Source: Candidatus Magasanikiibacteriota bacterium (GTDB lineage Bacteria; Patescibacteriota; Patescibacteriia; Magasanikbacterales; JACTTX01). Taken from it: a stretch of 64,000 nt of DNA. A model generated the notes under the pieces. It saw only the letters and a list, made by a program, of their open reading frames with translations. It had not been told where the DNA came from and did no database searches. This document shows, one piece after another, positions 1 to 9,974 of this stretch. Position 1 is the first letter of the stretch; each line of letters starts with the position of its first letter. The position numbers and the translations under genes are program-made. The stretch covers positions 856 to 64,855 of the forward strand of contig JACTTX010000002.1 in the NCBI GenBank assembly GCA_015661005.1, given 5' to 3'.

Positions 1-130
1 CCAAACCGCTTCTATCCCGCAGATCAAAAAAAGCAATCTTGCCCAAATTGCGGCGCACATGCACCCAACCCGAAAGGGTCATTGACTCCCCGACACGCCC
101 GACAATTTCTACCGCGTAAATTCTTTTCAT
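1..130 (-). CDS. aspS: aspartate--tRNA ligase, N-terminal fragment (gene continues beyond window start)
   Basis: Minus-strand translation MKRIYAVEIVGRVGESMTLSGWVHVRRNLGKIAFFDLRDRSGL matches the class IIb aaRS anticodon-binding OB fold N-terminus (GWV..RR..G...F.DLRDR.G). AsnRS is encoded separately downstream, so AspRS is the more likely identity. Confidence 0.55.
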   Translation of the reverse strand, partial: MKRIYAVEIVGRVGESMTLSGWVHVRRNLGKIAFFDLRDRSGL

Positions 131-131
131 A

Positions 132-740
132 TTATTTACTGATGTTGAGTGATGAAATAATTTGCTGATAAACCTCGCCATAGCCAAAAATTGCCAGGTC
201 CGTTTTCCCGCCGGGCAGAGTCATAATCAACCGATCAACTTTTTGTACACCGACGACCGCGTCCTGATCGTGATAAATTTTGGCGCCATAGCCGGAGACG
301 ATAATATTTTCAATTTTTTCATCCGGCAATGGGACGCGGGGCATTCCCGGCTGAATGACCACTCTTACGGTATCAAATTTTTGCTGATCAGTGAAGATGT
401 ATTCTTGGTTGGTGGGGTCAGTGAAAGAGACGCTGACATTGTAGTCGCTCGGATAGAAAAATGTGAGCGTGCCGAACGGTAGCGCGATCGTATAATGCTT
501 GAACGGGGCCGACGGTTCACATCGTCCGGCCGCCATCTGACTCCCGCTCTCACGCCGACAGGAAAAACCAGTCGGACAAGGAATTTCAATTTCCGTTCCG
601 CAGACCGCCGCTTGTCCAATCTTGATAGATTCGGTTGGTAATGTGCCGCGCCGTGAAATCGTGAAGACACCACTAAAATATGCGAGGATACCAATCAGTC
701 CGATGAGCAAGATGATGGCCGTGATCACACGCAGGGACAT
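132..740 (-). CDS. hypothetical membrane-anchored protein
   Basis: 202-aa ORF with a single N-terminal hydrophobic helix (ITAIILLIGLIGILAYF) and no recognisable motifs. Confidence 0.5.
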   Translation of the reverse strand: MSLRVITAIILLIGLIGILAYFSGVFTISRRGTLPTESIKIGQAAVCGTEIEIPCPTGFSCRRESGSQMAAGRCEPSAPFKHYTIALPFGTLTFFYPSDYNVSVSFTDPTNQEYIFTDQQKFDTVRVVIQPGMPRVPLPDEKIENIIVSGYGAKIYHDQDAVVGVQKVDRLIMTLPGGKTDLAIFGYGEVYQQIISSLNISK

Positions 741-767
741 AAAAGTTTCCGCGAAAATAAATTCTGA

Positions 768-2060
768 TTAAGGTGTTAAACGATTCAACATTCGCGGAAA
801 AGGAATGGTTTCCCGAACATGTTCCAACCCGCAGATCCAGGCGACGGTGCGCTCCAAACCAATTCCAAATCCGGAATGCGGAACGGAACCGTAGCGGCGC
901 AAATCCGTGTACCACTTAAACGCCTCCGGCGGCAGGTTGTGCTCTTTAATCCGTTGTTCCAGCAATGCCAAATCAGCAATCCGCTCGGAGCCGCCGATAA
1001 TTTCTCCGTATCCCTCCGGCGCCAGCAAATCATTATTCAGAACGCGCGCCGAATCCTCCGGATCCGGTTTCATATAAAACGCTTTGATGTTAACCGGATA
1101 ATGATGAATGAAAATCGGGCGGTCAAATTGTTTGGTGAGAATGGTTTCATCATCACCGCCAAAATCGTCGCCGGATTTGATATCTGATCCGAGGCGCGTG
1201 AGCTGGCTCACCGCTTCATCATAATGCAAACGCGGAAAATTTCCTTCCGCCGTTTTTTGGAGAGCCGTTAAATCACGCTCCAAAATTTTTAAATCATCGG
1301 CCCGGCGTTCCAGCACGCGGCGAACGACGTACACAACCAGTTCTTCCTGTAATTGCATATTCTCCTGCCAGTCCATAAAACTGGCTTCGGCTTCCAGCAT
1401 CCAAAACTCGGTCAGATGTCGGCGTGTTTTTGATTTTTCACTGCGAAAGGTCGGACCAAAACAATAGGTCTTCCCCAAAGCCGCGCTCGTTGCCTCCTGA
1501 TAAAGCTGGCCGGACTGCGAAAGATAGGCCACATCATCAAAATATTTCACTTCAAATAAATCCGTGGTGCCTTCAACGGCATTAGCCGTGAAAATCGGCG
1601 AATCGGCGCAAACAAAACCACGCTGGTGAAAAAATTCCCGGAAAGAAAACTCAATCTCATCTCTAATTTTCATTATGGCCGTTTGCCGCGCCGCGCGTAA
1701 CCAGAGGTGACGGTTGTCCATCAAAAAATCCGGACCATGCTCTTTTTTGGAAATTGGAAATTCTTCGGCGCGCTGAATAAGCGTAACGGATGTTCCCTGG
1801 ACTTCAAAACCGGACGGCGCGCGCGGTTCTTTTTTGACGACGCCGGTAATCAGAACCGATGACTCAATGGTGATTTTTTCACACGCCCCCCAAGCGGCGG
1901 CGCTGACCTCACTTTTAGAAATAACAATTTGTGCGCGGCCCGTGCCATCGCGAAATTGCAAAAAGAAAATACTTCCCGAGGAGCGGAAGTTATAGATCCA
2001 GCCCTTCAAGGTGATTTCTTTTCCTTCAAATTGCGCGATTTCTGACACGCTCGGCATACG
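768..2060 (-). CDS. asnS: asparagine--tRNA ligase
   Basis: Class II aaRS motifs: FGPTFRSEKSKTRRHLTEFWMLEAE, GEIIGGSER and DLRRYGSVPHSGFGIGLERTVAWICGLEHVRETIPFPR closely parallel E. coli AsnRS. Start moved to the internal Met (MPSVSEIAQ) from the longer ORF 768..2153. Confidence 0.85.
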   Translation of the reverse strand, partial: RMPSVSEIAQFEGKEITLKGWIYNFRSSGSIFFLQFRDGTGRAQIVISKSEVSAAAWGACEKITIESSVLITGVVKKEPRAPSGFEVQGTSVTLIQRAEEFPISKKEHGPDFLMDNRHLWLRAARQTAIMKIRDEIEFSFREFFHQRGFVCADSPIFTANAVEGTTDLFEVKYFDDVAYLSQSGQLYQEATSAALGKTYCFGPTFRSEKSKTRRHLTEFWMLEAEASFMDWQENMQLQEELVVYVVRRVLERRADDLKILERDLTALQKTAEGNFPRLHYDEAVSQLTRLGSDIKSGDDFGGDDETILTKQFDRPIFIHHYPVNIKAFYMKPDPEDSARVLNNDLLAPEGYGEIIGGSERIADLALLEQRIKEHNLPPEAFKWYTDLRRYGSVPHSGFGIGLERTVAWICGLEHVRETIPFPRMLNRLTP

Positions 2061-2149
2061 AAAAGCACTGGAAATTATAGAAAAAAATGGCCGGAAAGGC
2101 AATGGCTCGCAGAAAGGCGGGGCCGCGGCGCGGCCGCGGCCTAATGCGC

Positions 2150-2659
2150 TCATCCTAAACTTTTCAAATCAAATTCCAGATATTTTTGCACGGCGGCGCG
2201 GGCGTCTCCGATCACCGCGCCATAACCGAGACGCTTGATAACTTTTTTAGCGAATTCTTCCCACACTTCACGGCAAGCAATCAAGTTTGGGGCGGCATCA
2301 AGAGCATTCTCGGCCAAAAAAAATTCATCAAAAAGCGCCGGGTCGGAAACGCCGTCACGAGTCGCGCGCAAAAGCAATTCAGCGGCCGCGCTAAATAAAA
2401 CCAACCGCTCATGGGAGATATTTTTTGGCCGCCAAAGAGATTGCGCCTGCGCCACTTTGTCAAATCGCCGTCCGGCGGCGATCATCACTCTCACCATGGT
2501 GAATGGCTCTAAATGTCCGGAGAGTTTGCTGGTAATTTTTTTAGCGCCAACGGCAACCGCCGTGAGCCGACCACGCCCTTTGGTGTAGAAAGTCAAACGC
2601 TTATCGTTTTCACGGAAGTTTGTGCGTTCCAACACGATGGCCGAGTCGGTGAAGGTCAT
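2150..2659 (-). CDS. recO: DNA repair protein RecO-like (short form, N-terminal OB domain only)
   Basis: N-terminal pattern AIVLER..F.E.D+.LT.+T...G+L...A.GA+K..SKL.G.LEPF resembles the RecO OB fold. At 169 aa it lacks the C-terminal zinc domain. Confidence 0.5.
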   Translation of the reverse strand: MTFTDSAIVLERTNFRENDKRLTFYTKGRGRLTAVAVGAKKITSKLSGHLEPFTMVRVMIAAGRRFDKVAQAQSLWRPKNISHERLVLFSAAAELLLRATRDGVSDPALFDEFFLAENALDAAPNLIACREVWEEFAKKVIKRLGYGAVIGDARAAVQKYLEFDLKSLG

Positions 2660-3042
2660 ACTGCCCTCTTCTGCATATATGCCGCCAAAATCTCCACCGC
2701 CGCGCCAATATCTTTTTGCTTGGCGCCGGCTTTGTCCGCGGCGATGCTGGTGAAACGTTCATCCATCAAATCAACCGGCGTGTGAACGCGCTCCCGCAAA
2801 GCGCTAACAAAATCCTGCACAACAATGGCCTGCGGCCCAACCTTGCCGGATAAAGTCAAGGGCATTCCAACCACAATCCGGCTTACGTCTTCCGCAACAA
2901 CAATTTTGGCAATCTCCGCACACAACTCTTTCACCCCGCGATTTTCTAATACGCCGTAACCAACCGCCAAAGTACTCCCCTCATCGGCAATCGCCAATCC
3001 CACTCTCCGCTCGCCATAATCAATTCCCAAAACGCGTTTCAT
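2656..3042 (-). CDS. ruvX: putative pre-16S rRNA nuclease / Holliday junction resolvase-like YqgF
   Basis: MKRVLGIDYGERRVGLAIAD is the canonical YqgF/RuvX N-terminus; length 128 aa fits. Confidence 0.8.
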   Translation of the reverse strand: MKRVLGIDYGERRVGLAIADEGSTLAVGYGVLENRGVKELCAEIAKIVVAEDVSRIVVGMPLTLSGKVGPQAIVVQDFVSALRERVHTPVDLMDERFTSIAADKAGAKQKDIGAAVEILAAYMQKRAV

Positions 3043-3839
3043 ATTGTCTCACTTGGCCGCCGCGTCAAAACCTCCGCGCCTTTTTCCGTGATGGCAATCG
3101 TGTGCTCAAAATGGGCGGCCAATGATCCGTCTTCCGTTTTCACGGTCCAACCGTCTTTGTCAATGAAAACTTTTGAACCGCCGCTGGTGATCATCGGCTC
3201 AATGGCAATCACCAGTCCGGGCTTCATTTCCACCACCGGCGATTTTGGATCAACGTAGTTCGGAACTTTCGGTTCTTCATGCACTTCATAACCAACGCCG
3301 TGTCCGACATATTGCCGCACAATTCCAAAACCGAACGGCTTGATGTATTCCTGAACGGTCGCGCCGATGTCGGAAATTTTTGCGCCCGGCTCTGCCACGG
3401 CAATGGCGCGATACAAACTTTCCCGCGTGGCGTCCACCAGCTCATAAGATTTTTTGGAGCCGCGGCCGACAATGACCGTCAAAGCCGTGTCCGTGTATAA
3501 TCCGCGCCCCTTGGCCGGATAAATCATCCCAATATCCAAACCAACCACATCGCCGGTTTTCAAATGATGCTCGTGCGACGGAACGCCGTGAACAACTTCA
3601 TTGTTCACGGAAACGCAGATGGCGCAAGGGAACGATGCGTTCGGACTGCCGTAACCTTTGAAAGCTGGTCGTCCGCCCGCTTCCAGAATCCATTTCTCGG
3701 CCAAGACGTCAATTTCACCGGTGGTTTTGATTTGGCCGGAGGCAACGCCGCGCTCAAGGCGTTCTAAAATCGCGCCCAATTTCAAACCGCCCTCGCGAAG
3801 GACGGCAATTTCATCTTTTGATTTATATGTTATTGGCAT
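3039..3839 (-). CDS. map: methionine aminopeptidase type I
   Basis: 266 aa with the pita-bread fold motifs (PCAICVSVNNEVVHGVP, GDVVGLDIG, HGVGYEVHEEP). Confidence 0.9.
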   Translation of the reverse strand: MPITYKSKDEIAVLREGGLKLGAILERLERGVASGQIKTTGEIDVLAEKWILEAGGRPAFKGYGSPNASFPCAICVSVNNEVVHGVPSHEHHLKTGDVVGLDIGMIYPAKGRGLYTDTALTVIVGRGSKKSYELVDATRESLYRAIAVAEPGAKISDIGATVQEYIKPFGFGIVRQYVGHGVGYEVHEEPKVPNYVDPKSPVVEMKPGLVIAIEPMITSGGSKVFIDKDGWTVKTEDGSLAAHFEHTIAITEKGAEVLTRRPSETI

Positions 3840-3861
3840 CTTTGTGTCCGCAATTTCATAC

Positions 3862-4512
3862 CTATCTGTTCAACACGGGTCCCAAAATTGCTTTTATCTC
3901 CGCAAAAACATCATCAATGGATCCGGCGGCGTAGATTTTACGCACCAATCCTTTTTGCTCAAAAGCGGCCAAGACCGGCTCGGTATCCGCGTGATAAATT
4001 TTCAGACGTTCGCGAATGGCTGACGGTTTGTCGTCATCGCGCTGAATCAAAGCGCCGCCGCATTTGTCGCAAATCCCTTCCGCGGTCGGCGGATTGGTGA
4101 TGGTGTTATAAACGGCGCCGCATTTCTGACAAGTAAGCCGCGCGGACAAACGTTCCACCGCCACATCATCCGGCAAATCAAGCAAGATAACGTGACTGAC
4201 CGGACGCAAGGCGCCCAAAGCCGCCAACTGTTCGACGTCCCGCGGGTAGCCGTCCAAAATTACGCCGCCGCTCACATCATCTTTGTCCAAACGTTCCGCG
4301 ACAATCCGATTGGTGAGTTCCGATGGCGCCAATTTTCCGGCATTAATGTATTCCTTGATCTTGGCGCCAATCGGCGATTCGTTCTGAATGTGCGTGCGAA
4401 AAAGATCGCCGGTGGAGACGGCGGGAATGCCGTAGGCCGCGGATATTTTTGCGGCTTGCGTTCCTTTCCCTGATCCCTGCGGCCCAATGAGCACGATATT
4501 AAGTTGCGCCAT
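3862..4512 (-). CDS. adk: adenylate kinase with zinc-binding LID
   Basis: P-loop IVLIGPQGSGKGTQA and LID cysteines CQKCG...CDKCG. Confidence 0.92.
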   Translation of the reverse strand: MAQLNIVLIGPQGSGKGTQAAKISAAYGIPAVSTGDLFRTHIQNESPIGAKIKEYINAGKLAPSELTNRIVAERLDKDDVSGGVILDGYPRDVEQLAALGALRPVSHVILLDLPDDVAVERLSARLTCQKCGAVYNTITNPPTAEGICDKCGGALIQRDDDKPSAIRERLKIYHADTEPVLAAFEQKGLVRKIYAAGSIDDVFAEIKAILGPVLNR

Positions 4513-4550
4513 AAATTATATTTTACGATGCGATATAAATTCCGCCGGAT

Positions 4551-4835
4551 TTATTTACTCCGGCGCGTTAAAATTTTTTCCAAAAGTTTTTGCTTGCGGG
4601 CCAGATATTCGTTCGGATAAAGATACAGCAAAATCCTCTGCGCTTTTTCTCCGTAAAGCCAGCGGCCGGAGCGGGCGTGTTTAAGCGCCTCGTAAACGGT
4701 ACCGAAGACGCTGTGATCATCCGTGTGATGATGCTTTGTCCGCGGAAAACCAATCTCAAAAATCCAGCGTTTCAGGTCAATGCTCGGAACGTAGTACATG
4801 GCGTTCAAGGAACCGCGGCGTTTTTCTTCAGCCAT
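4551..4835 (-). CDS. hypothetical small protein
   Basis: 94-aa ORF filling the secY-adk gap, on the same strand as its neighbours; no recognisable motif. Confidence 0.35.
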   Translation of the reverse strand: MAEEKRRGSLNAMYYVPSIDLKRWIFEIGFPRTKHHHTDDHSVFGTVYEALKHARSGRWLYGEKAQRILLYLYPNEYLARKQKLLEKILTRRSK

Positions 4836-4873
4836 ACATCGTCAAATTAAAGACGCCAGTTTGAGAATGATCT

Positions 4874-6151
4874 CTACACGCGGTCGTATTGGCGCATGGT
4901 CAGTTGCGCATCAATCTGATTCACGATTTCAATCGCGACCGAAACCACAATCAAAAGCGACGTGCCGCCGACAACCAATGAACGCGTATGCGTCAAAAAT
5001 TGTTGAACGGCCAACGGCAAAACGGCAATGATGCCCAAAAATAACGCGCCGGCCAAAACAATCCGCACCATCACTTGTCCCAAATAAGCGGAAGTGGCCG
5101 TGCCCGGCCGAATGCCGGGAATGAAACCGCCCTGCTTTTGCAAATTTTCCGCCACTTTGTCCGGCTGAAAAATCACGGCCGTGTAAAAAAAAGTGAAACC
5201 GATGACGAGCAGAAAATAAATCACGCCATAGACCAATTGATTTTGAAAAGTGCGGATGACCCATTCGGCGGCGCTCACAATCCAAGCGGTTTTGGCCTTG
5301 ACCAAAAATTGCGCGATCATCGGCGGAAAAAGAATCATGGAAATGGCAAAGATGATCGGGATGACGCCGGCCATATTCACTTTAAGCGGCAGGAAACTGG
5401 TTGAGGCCGCCGTCATTCTGGTCCCGCGCATCTGCCGCGCATACTGCACCGGAATGTTGCGCTGACCTTGAGTGATGACCACAACGCCAATGATGGTAAT
5501 GAGCGCCAGCGCCACAAAAAGCACCGTATCAAAAAGCTGGGACTGATCATAAGTGGCGTAGAGTTGCTGGGCGTAAGTTGGCAAACTGGAAACAATGCCG
5601 GCAAAAATTAAAAGGGAAATGCCGTTCCCGATTTTTTTTTCGGAAATCAATTCACCAATCCACATCAGAAACATGGTGCCGCCGGTGATGGTGATCATGA
5701 TGGTGATGATTTGAAAGGCCGACAAATCCCCAATGACACCTTGGGCGCTCGTACGCAAAAGCGTAATCATGCCGTAAGATTGAAGAAGCGCCAACGGCAC
5801 CGCCAAAAGACGCGTGTACTGATTGATTTTTTGCTGACCCTGCTCCCCTTCTTTGCCCAACTCTTCAAGTTGCGGCACGATCATTTGTAAGAGCTGAAGA
5901 ATAATGGAAGCGGTGATGTACGGAGCAACGCCCATCAGCACCACGGAAAAATTTTCAAAAGTGCCGCCGGAAAAAATGTTCAAGAGTCCGAAGACCTGAT
6001 TGCTTTCCAAAAAGAGCCGCAACTTCACCAGGTCCACGCCCGGCACCGGAATGTGCGCGACAAACCGAAAAAGCACCAGCATCCCCAAAACAAAGAGGAT
6101 GCTTTTACGCAACTCCGGAACGGTCCAGATTTGTTTAAACTTTTCCCACAT
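4874..6151 (-). CDS. secY: preprotein translocase subunit SecY
   Basis: 425 aa, ten hydrophobic segments, SecY-like N-terminus, and the expected position after L15. Confidence 0.93.
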   Translation of the reverse strand: MWEKFKQIWTVPELRKSILFVLGMLVLFRFVAHIPVPGVDLVKLRLFLESNQVFGLLNIFSGGTFENFSVVLMGVAPYITASIILQLLQMIVPQLEELGKEGEQGQQKINQYTRLLAVPLALLQSYGMITLLRTSAQGVIGDLSAFQIITIMITITGGTMFLMWIGELISEKKIGNGISLLIFAGIVSSLPTYAQQLYATYDQSQLFDTVLFVALALITIIGVVVITQGQRNIPVQYARQMRGTRMTAASTSFLPLKVNMAGVIPIIFAISMILFPPMIAQFLVKAKTAWIVSAAEWVIRTFQNQLVYGVIYFLLVIGFTFFYTAVIFQPDKVAENLQKQGGFIPGIRPGTATSAYLGQVMVRIVLAGALFLGIIAVLPLAVQQFLTHTRSLVVGGTSLLIVVSVAIEIVNQIDAQLTMRQYDRV

Positions 6152-6185
6152 ATATAGAGTAAGTGGGCTGCCTCATAAGCGCATA

Positions 6186-6614
6186 TTATTCCGTTATTGA
6201 CCCACCAGCGCTGATGATCTTTTCTTTAGCGCCCGCTGAAGCCGCCACGCCTTTGACCGCCAACTTTTTTGTCATTGTACCATTCCCCAGCACTTTGACG
6301 CGAGCGCCCAATCCCTTCTTTTTGAGCGTTTCCGGTGAAACAGTTTCGCCATCATTGAAAAGACGCGCGAGCGTATCCAGATCAACAACCTCCGGTCGCT
6401 CCTTTTGTGATTTGACCCCGCGCAGTTTGGGCGTCTGCAAAATATTGCCGCGCATACCCAAAAGATGCAAACCCTTGCGTCCGCCGGTGCGCGCGCGCTG
6501 TCCTTTGGTTCCGCGTCCGGCCGTGGTTCCCAAACCCGTGCCGTGACCGCGCCCAACCTTAAACTTTTTTTTCCTGGCGCCTTTATTTGATTTTAGCGAG
6601 TGCATGGTAATCAT
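6186..6614 (-). CDS. rplO: 50S ribosomal protein L15
   Basis: Gly/Arg-rich N-terminal half (GRGHGTGLGTTAGRGTKGQRAR) typical of uL15. It overlaps the rpsE stop directly, so no L30 gene lies between S5 and L15. Confidence 0.9.
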   Translation of the reverse strand: MITMHSLKSNKGARKKKFKVGRGHGTGLGTTAGRGTKGQRARTGGRKGLHLLGMRGNILQTPKLRGVKSQKERPEVVDLDTLARLFNDGETVSPETLKKKGLGARVKVLGNGTMTKKLAVKGVAASAGAKEKIISAGGSITE

Positions 6615-7192
6615 ACCGTTTGTTTTCTCCGTAACTGTTGAAGCGCTGCAAATGTTGCTCGCACATTATTAACCTTGTTCTTTCCACCCATAATTTTGCT
6701 GGAAATATTCGGCACACCAGCCAATTCCAGCACCACCCGAACCGCCCCGCCAGCAATAACACCCGATCCTTTTGGCGCCGGCATCAATAAAACTTTAGCC
6801 GCGCCGTCTTTGACAAAAGAGCGGTGCGGAATGGATTCATTGATGAGCGGAACGGTGATCACGCGTTTGCGCGCCTGCCGCGCCGCCTTATTGATGGCAA
6901 TGGACACATCTGCGCCTTTGGCCAAACCATAGCCGACGCGCCCTTTGCGATCACCAATGATAATCAAAGCCCGAAAACGCATCCGCTTGCCGCCTTTGGT
7001 CACGCGCGTCACGCGGGAAAGTTCCAACGTTGCTTGATCAAACTCTTTATCTTCCTGTTCACGATCAAACCCGCCGCGGCGTTCACGCCGTTCACGATCG
7101 CCGCCACCGCCGCCTCCCCGCCCCTGTCCGCCGCCACGTCCTTGTCCCGGTCCGCGTCCGCGCTGATTAAATTGTCGTTGAGGTCCTGGCAT
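6611..7192 (-). CDS. rpsE: 30S ribosomal protein S5 with Gly/Arg-rich N-terminal extension
   Basis: uS5 core VTRVTKGGKRMRFRALIIIGDRKGRVGYGLAKGADVSIAINKA, preceded by a ~60-aa RGG/GGQG low-complexity extension. Confidence 0.9.
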   Translation of the reverse strand: MPGPQRQFNQRGRGPGQGRGGGQGRGGGGGGDRERRERRGGFDREQEDKEFDQATLELSRVTRVTKGGKRMRFRALIIIGDRKGRVGYGLAKGADVSIAINKAARQARKRVITVPLINESIPHRSFVKDGAAKVLLMPAPKGSGVIAGGAVRVVLELAGVPNISSKIMGGKNKVNNVRATFAALQQLRRKQTV

Positions 7193-7227
7193 AACAGTTG
7201 AATTGAGAATTGAGAATATGGAAGTGA

Positions 7228-7596
7228 TTAAAATTTCAATCCACCATCGCGGGCGCCGTCGGCTAGGGCGGCGACACGTCCTTGATAAGCAAACCCGCCG
7301 CGATCAAAAACAACAGCGTCAACTCCTTTGGCCAGGGCTTTTTCCGCCAACAACTTCCCGGTCAAATAAGCGGCCGCCACTTTCCCCTTCCGTTCGCCGG
7401 CGTTCCCTTTTAATCCGCGGCTCTCTGCGGCCACCAAAGTTTTTCCAGTAGCATCGTCAATCAATTGCGCCGTAACATAACGCAAACTCCGAAAAACGGC
7501 TAATCGCGGACGGACGGCCGTGCCAATAATCTTGGCGCGCACCCGCTTGTGCCGCCGTTCCCGTTTCATCAATTTTTCTTTGGCCTTTGATTTCAT
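7228..7596 (-). CDS. rplR: 50S ribosomal protein L18
   Basis: uL18 motifs ([18 protein letters not shown]...GFAYQGRV). Start set at the internal ATG (MKSKAKEK, 122 aa) of ORF 7228..7758. Confidence 0.85.
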   Translation of the reverse strand: MKSKAKEKLMKRERRHKRVRAKIIGTAVRPRLAVFRSLRYVTAQLIDDATGKTLVAAESRGLKGNAGERKGKVAAAYLTGKLLAEKALAKGVDAVVFDRGGFAYQGRVAALADGARDGGLKF

Positions 7597-7612
7597 ATTC
7601 CCGCTTAAAACT

Positions 7613-8164
7613 TTACGCCGCTCCGGCCGACTTGGCCGCCTTACCGGCCTTGCGACGAATGACTTCATCCAGATATTTAATACCTTTACCCTTATACGGC
7701 TCCGGCGGACGCAAATGCCGGATTCGCGCCGCCGTTTCCCCAACCAACTGCTTGTCAACGCCGCTCAAAGTAATTATATTCTTCTCAATAACCGCGGCGA
7801 CTCCCGCTGGCAGTTTGAATTCCACCGGATGAGAAAAACCGAGTTCCAGTTTCAAAGCGCTACCTGCCACGGCCACGCGAAAACCAATGCCGTTCACTTC
7901 CAATTTCTTTTCATAACCGGCCGTGACGCCAAGAACCAAATTCTTGACGAGCGCGCCGAACAATCCCCAAAGAGCGCGATTCTTTTTGACCGTCTCATCG
8001 GAAACATGAACATGCAACCCGTCATCTTCTTTAACAACCGTGATATGCGGATGCAAAACCAATTCCAATTTTCCTTTTGGTCCTTGGACGCCAACCTTCC
8101 CATCAGTCAACGTCACGTTGACTCCGGTTGGCACGGCAATTATTTGTTTTCCGATTCTGGACAT
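7613..8164 (-). CDS. rplF: 50S ribosomal protein L6
   Basis: [19 protein letters not shown]...GIGFRV is a uL6 signature; 183 aa. Confidence 0.92.
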   Translation of the reverse strand: MSRIGKQIIAVPTGVNVTLTDGKVGVQGPKGKLELVLHPHITVVKEDDGLHVHVSDETVKKNRALWGLFGALVKNLVLGVTAGYEKKLEVNGIGFRVAVAGSALKLELGFSHPVEFKLPAGVAAVIEKNIITLSGVDKQLVGETAARIRHLRPPEPYKGKGIKYLDEVIRRKAGKAAKSAGAA

Positions 8165-8165
8165 A

Positions 8166-8555
8166 TTAGTAGACCTCGCAGATCATCTCTCCGCCCAACT
8201 TCTGTTTGTGCGCTTCTTTATTGGTCATCAAACCCTTGGACGTTGAAAGAATAGATATGCCAAACCCGCTCTGCACCACTTTAAGCTCATCCGCCTTAAC
8301 ATAAGCGCGATGCCCGGGCTTGCTGACGCGCTGAATGGAAGTAATGGCTGGCGCGCGTTCCGCATACTTCAGACGAATCCTAATCTGCGCAAATTTATCA
8401 TCCGTTTTTTCCACGCGACCCACATATCCTTCCCGTTCTAAAATCTGCGCGATATTCATTTTTAATTTTGAGTGCGGCAAAACCACCAGCGGCATATGGG
8501 CCTGCTGGGCGTTTCTGATTCTCGTCAACATGTCGGCGATGGGATCGGTCATCAT
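8166..8555 (-). CDS. rpsH: 30S ribosomal protein S8
   Basis: MTDPIADMLTRIRNA is the uS8 N-terminus. Start trimmed to an internal Met of ORF 8166..8672. Confidence 0.88.
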   Translation of the reverse strand: MMTDPIADMLTRIRNAQQAHMPLVVLPHSKLKMNIAQILEREGYVGRVEKTDDKFAQIRIRLKYAERAPAITSIQRVSKPGHRAYVKADELKVVQSGFGISILSTSKGLMTNKEAHKQKLGGEMICEVY

Positions 8556-8557
8556 AT

Positions 8558-8743
8558 TTACCAACTTGATTTTGTAATTCCCGGAATCTCTCCGCGATTG
8601 GCAAGTTCCCGGAAGCAAATGCGGCACATTCCGAAATCGCGCATAAAACCGCGCGCCCGTCCGCAACGCCAACAGCGATGCACAACGCGGGTGCGGAATT
8701 TTGGTTTCTTTTGCGACTTGGAAATTTGTGCTTCAGTTGCCAT
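8558..8743 (-). CDS. rpsZ: 30S ribosomal protein S14 type Z (zinc-binding)
   Basis: 61 aa with CWRCGRARG...CRIC zinc ribbon. Confidence 0.9.
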   Translation of the reverse strand: MATEAQISKSQKKPKFRTRVVHRCWRCGRARGFMRDFGMCRICFRELANRGEIPGITKSSW

Positions 8744-8763
8744 ACAATAATTAATGTTGTCTG

Positions 8764-9312
8764 TTATTTGTTGTTTGTTGTCTGTTGGAATGGAAACCCC
8801 AGGGCTTTGGCCAGCGCCAGACCTTCCGCAGAATTCCTGGCGGTTGTCCGCACCGTCACCTGTACGCCATGGACGGCTTCCACTTCATCCGGACGAATTT
8901 CCGGAAAGGCCAAGTGTTCGGTGAAACCAAGAGAAAAATTTCCTCCGGCATCCATAATCTTTGGCGAGAGACCGCGAAAGTCCCTCACCCGAGGAAAGGT
9001 CACGTGCACGAGCTTCTCCAAAAAGTCGTACATGCGCTTTCCCCGCAAAGTGCATTTGAGGCCAACCACTTGACCCTCGCGCACTTTGAAATTAGAAATG
9101 GATTTACGCGCCTTGGTCTCCGTCGGCTTTTGCCCGCAGATGCGCGTCAAGGTCTTCACGGCCGCGTCCACATTTTTCTGATCCTTGCTCATCTTGCCGA
9201 CGCCAACATGAACCACCACCACCGAAACTTTTGGCGCCTGCATGATGTTTTTGTAACCAAACTCGGCCTGGAGTTTTGGGATGATTTCTTTTTGGTAGCG
9301 TTCTTTCAACAT
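8764..9312 (-). CDS. rplE: 50S ribosomal protein L5
   Basis: MLKERYQKEIIPKLQAEFGYKNIMQAPKV is the uL5 N-terminus. Confidence 0.92.
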   Translation of the reverse strand: MLKERYQKEIIPKLQAEFGYKNIMQAPKVSVVVVHVGVGKMSKDQKNVDAAVKTLTRICGQKPTETKARKSISNFKVREGQVVGLKCTLRGKRMYDFLEKLVHVTFPRVRDFRGLSPKIMDAGGNFSLGFTEHLAFPEIRPDEVEAVHGVQVTVRTTARNSAEGLALAKALGFPFQQTTNNK

Positions 9313-9325
9313 ATCATTTCACGAT

Positions 9326-9577
9326 TTATTTGGCCCGATGACGCACCGGCTTACCGGCCTCATTCAATAGCATCACGTTGGAAGCGTCAAGGGGCGCCGC
9401 CAATTCAATCTTTTGTCCTTTTTCTCCGCGCTTGCGGCTACGCAAATGCTTTTTCATGACATTGGCGCCTTCCACGACAACTTTATTGGCCGCTTTGAAG
9501 ACCTGAAGTACCTTGCCGGTTTTCCCGGCATCTTTTCCGCGCATTACTTTGACATTGTCTCCGGTTTTAATCTTCAT
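9326..9577 (-). CDS. rplX: 50S ribosomal protein L24
   Basis: MKIKTGDNVKVMRGKDAGKTGKVLQV is a KOW motif; 83 aa. Confidence 0.9.
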   Translation of the reverse strand: MKIKTGDNVKVMRGKDAGKTGKVLQVFKAANKVVVEGANVMKKHLRSRKRGEKGQKIELAAPLDASNVMLLNEAGKPVRHRAK

Positions 9578-9602
9578 ATTCTTTATTCGTCAAATAGTGA
9601 TG

Positions 9603-9974
9603 TTAGAGCACTTCCGGCGCGAGCGAGATTATCTTCTGAAACCCGCGGGTGCGCAATTCCCGAGCGACCGGCCCAAAAATGCGACTGCCCTTTGGTTCAC
9701 CATTGGCTTTATCAATGATGACGGCCGCGTTCTCGTCAAAACGGATGGCTGTGCCGTCCGGCCGCGTGCTTTCTTTGCGCGTCCGCACCAAAACGGCGTG
9801 GACAACATCTCCTTTTTTCACCAATCCGTGCGGCACCGCTTCTTTGACGGCGCACGTAACAACATCCCCCACGCGGGCATAATGTTTTTTATACCCGCCG
9901 AGGACGCGAATACACTGGAGCTTTTTAGCGCCGGTATTATCCGCAACCACGAGCATGGAACGATGTTGAATCAT
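9603..9974 (-). CDS. rplN: 50S ribosomal protein L14
   Basis: [17 protein letters not shown] is the uL14 N-terminus; start overlaps the rpsQ stop as ATGA. Confidence 0.92.
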   Translation of the reverse strand: MIQHRSMLVVADNTGAKKLQCIRVLGGYKKHYARVGDVVTCAVKEAVPHGLVKKGDVVHAVLVRTRKESTRPDGTAIRFDENAAVIIDKANGEPKGSRIFGPVARELRTRGFQKIISLAPEVL

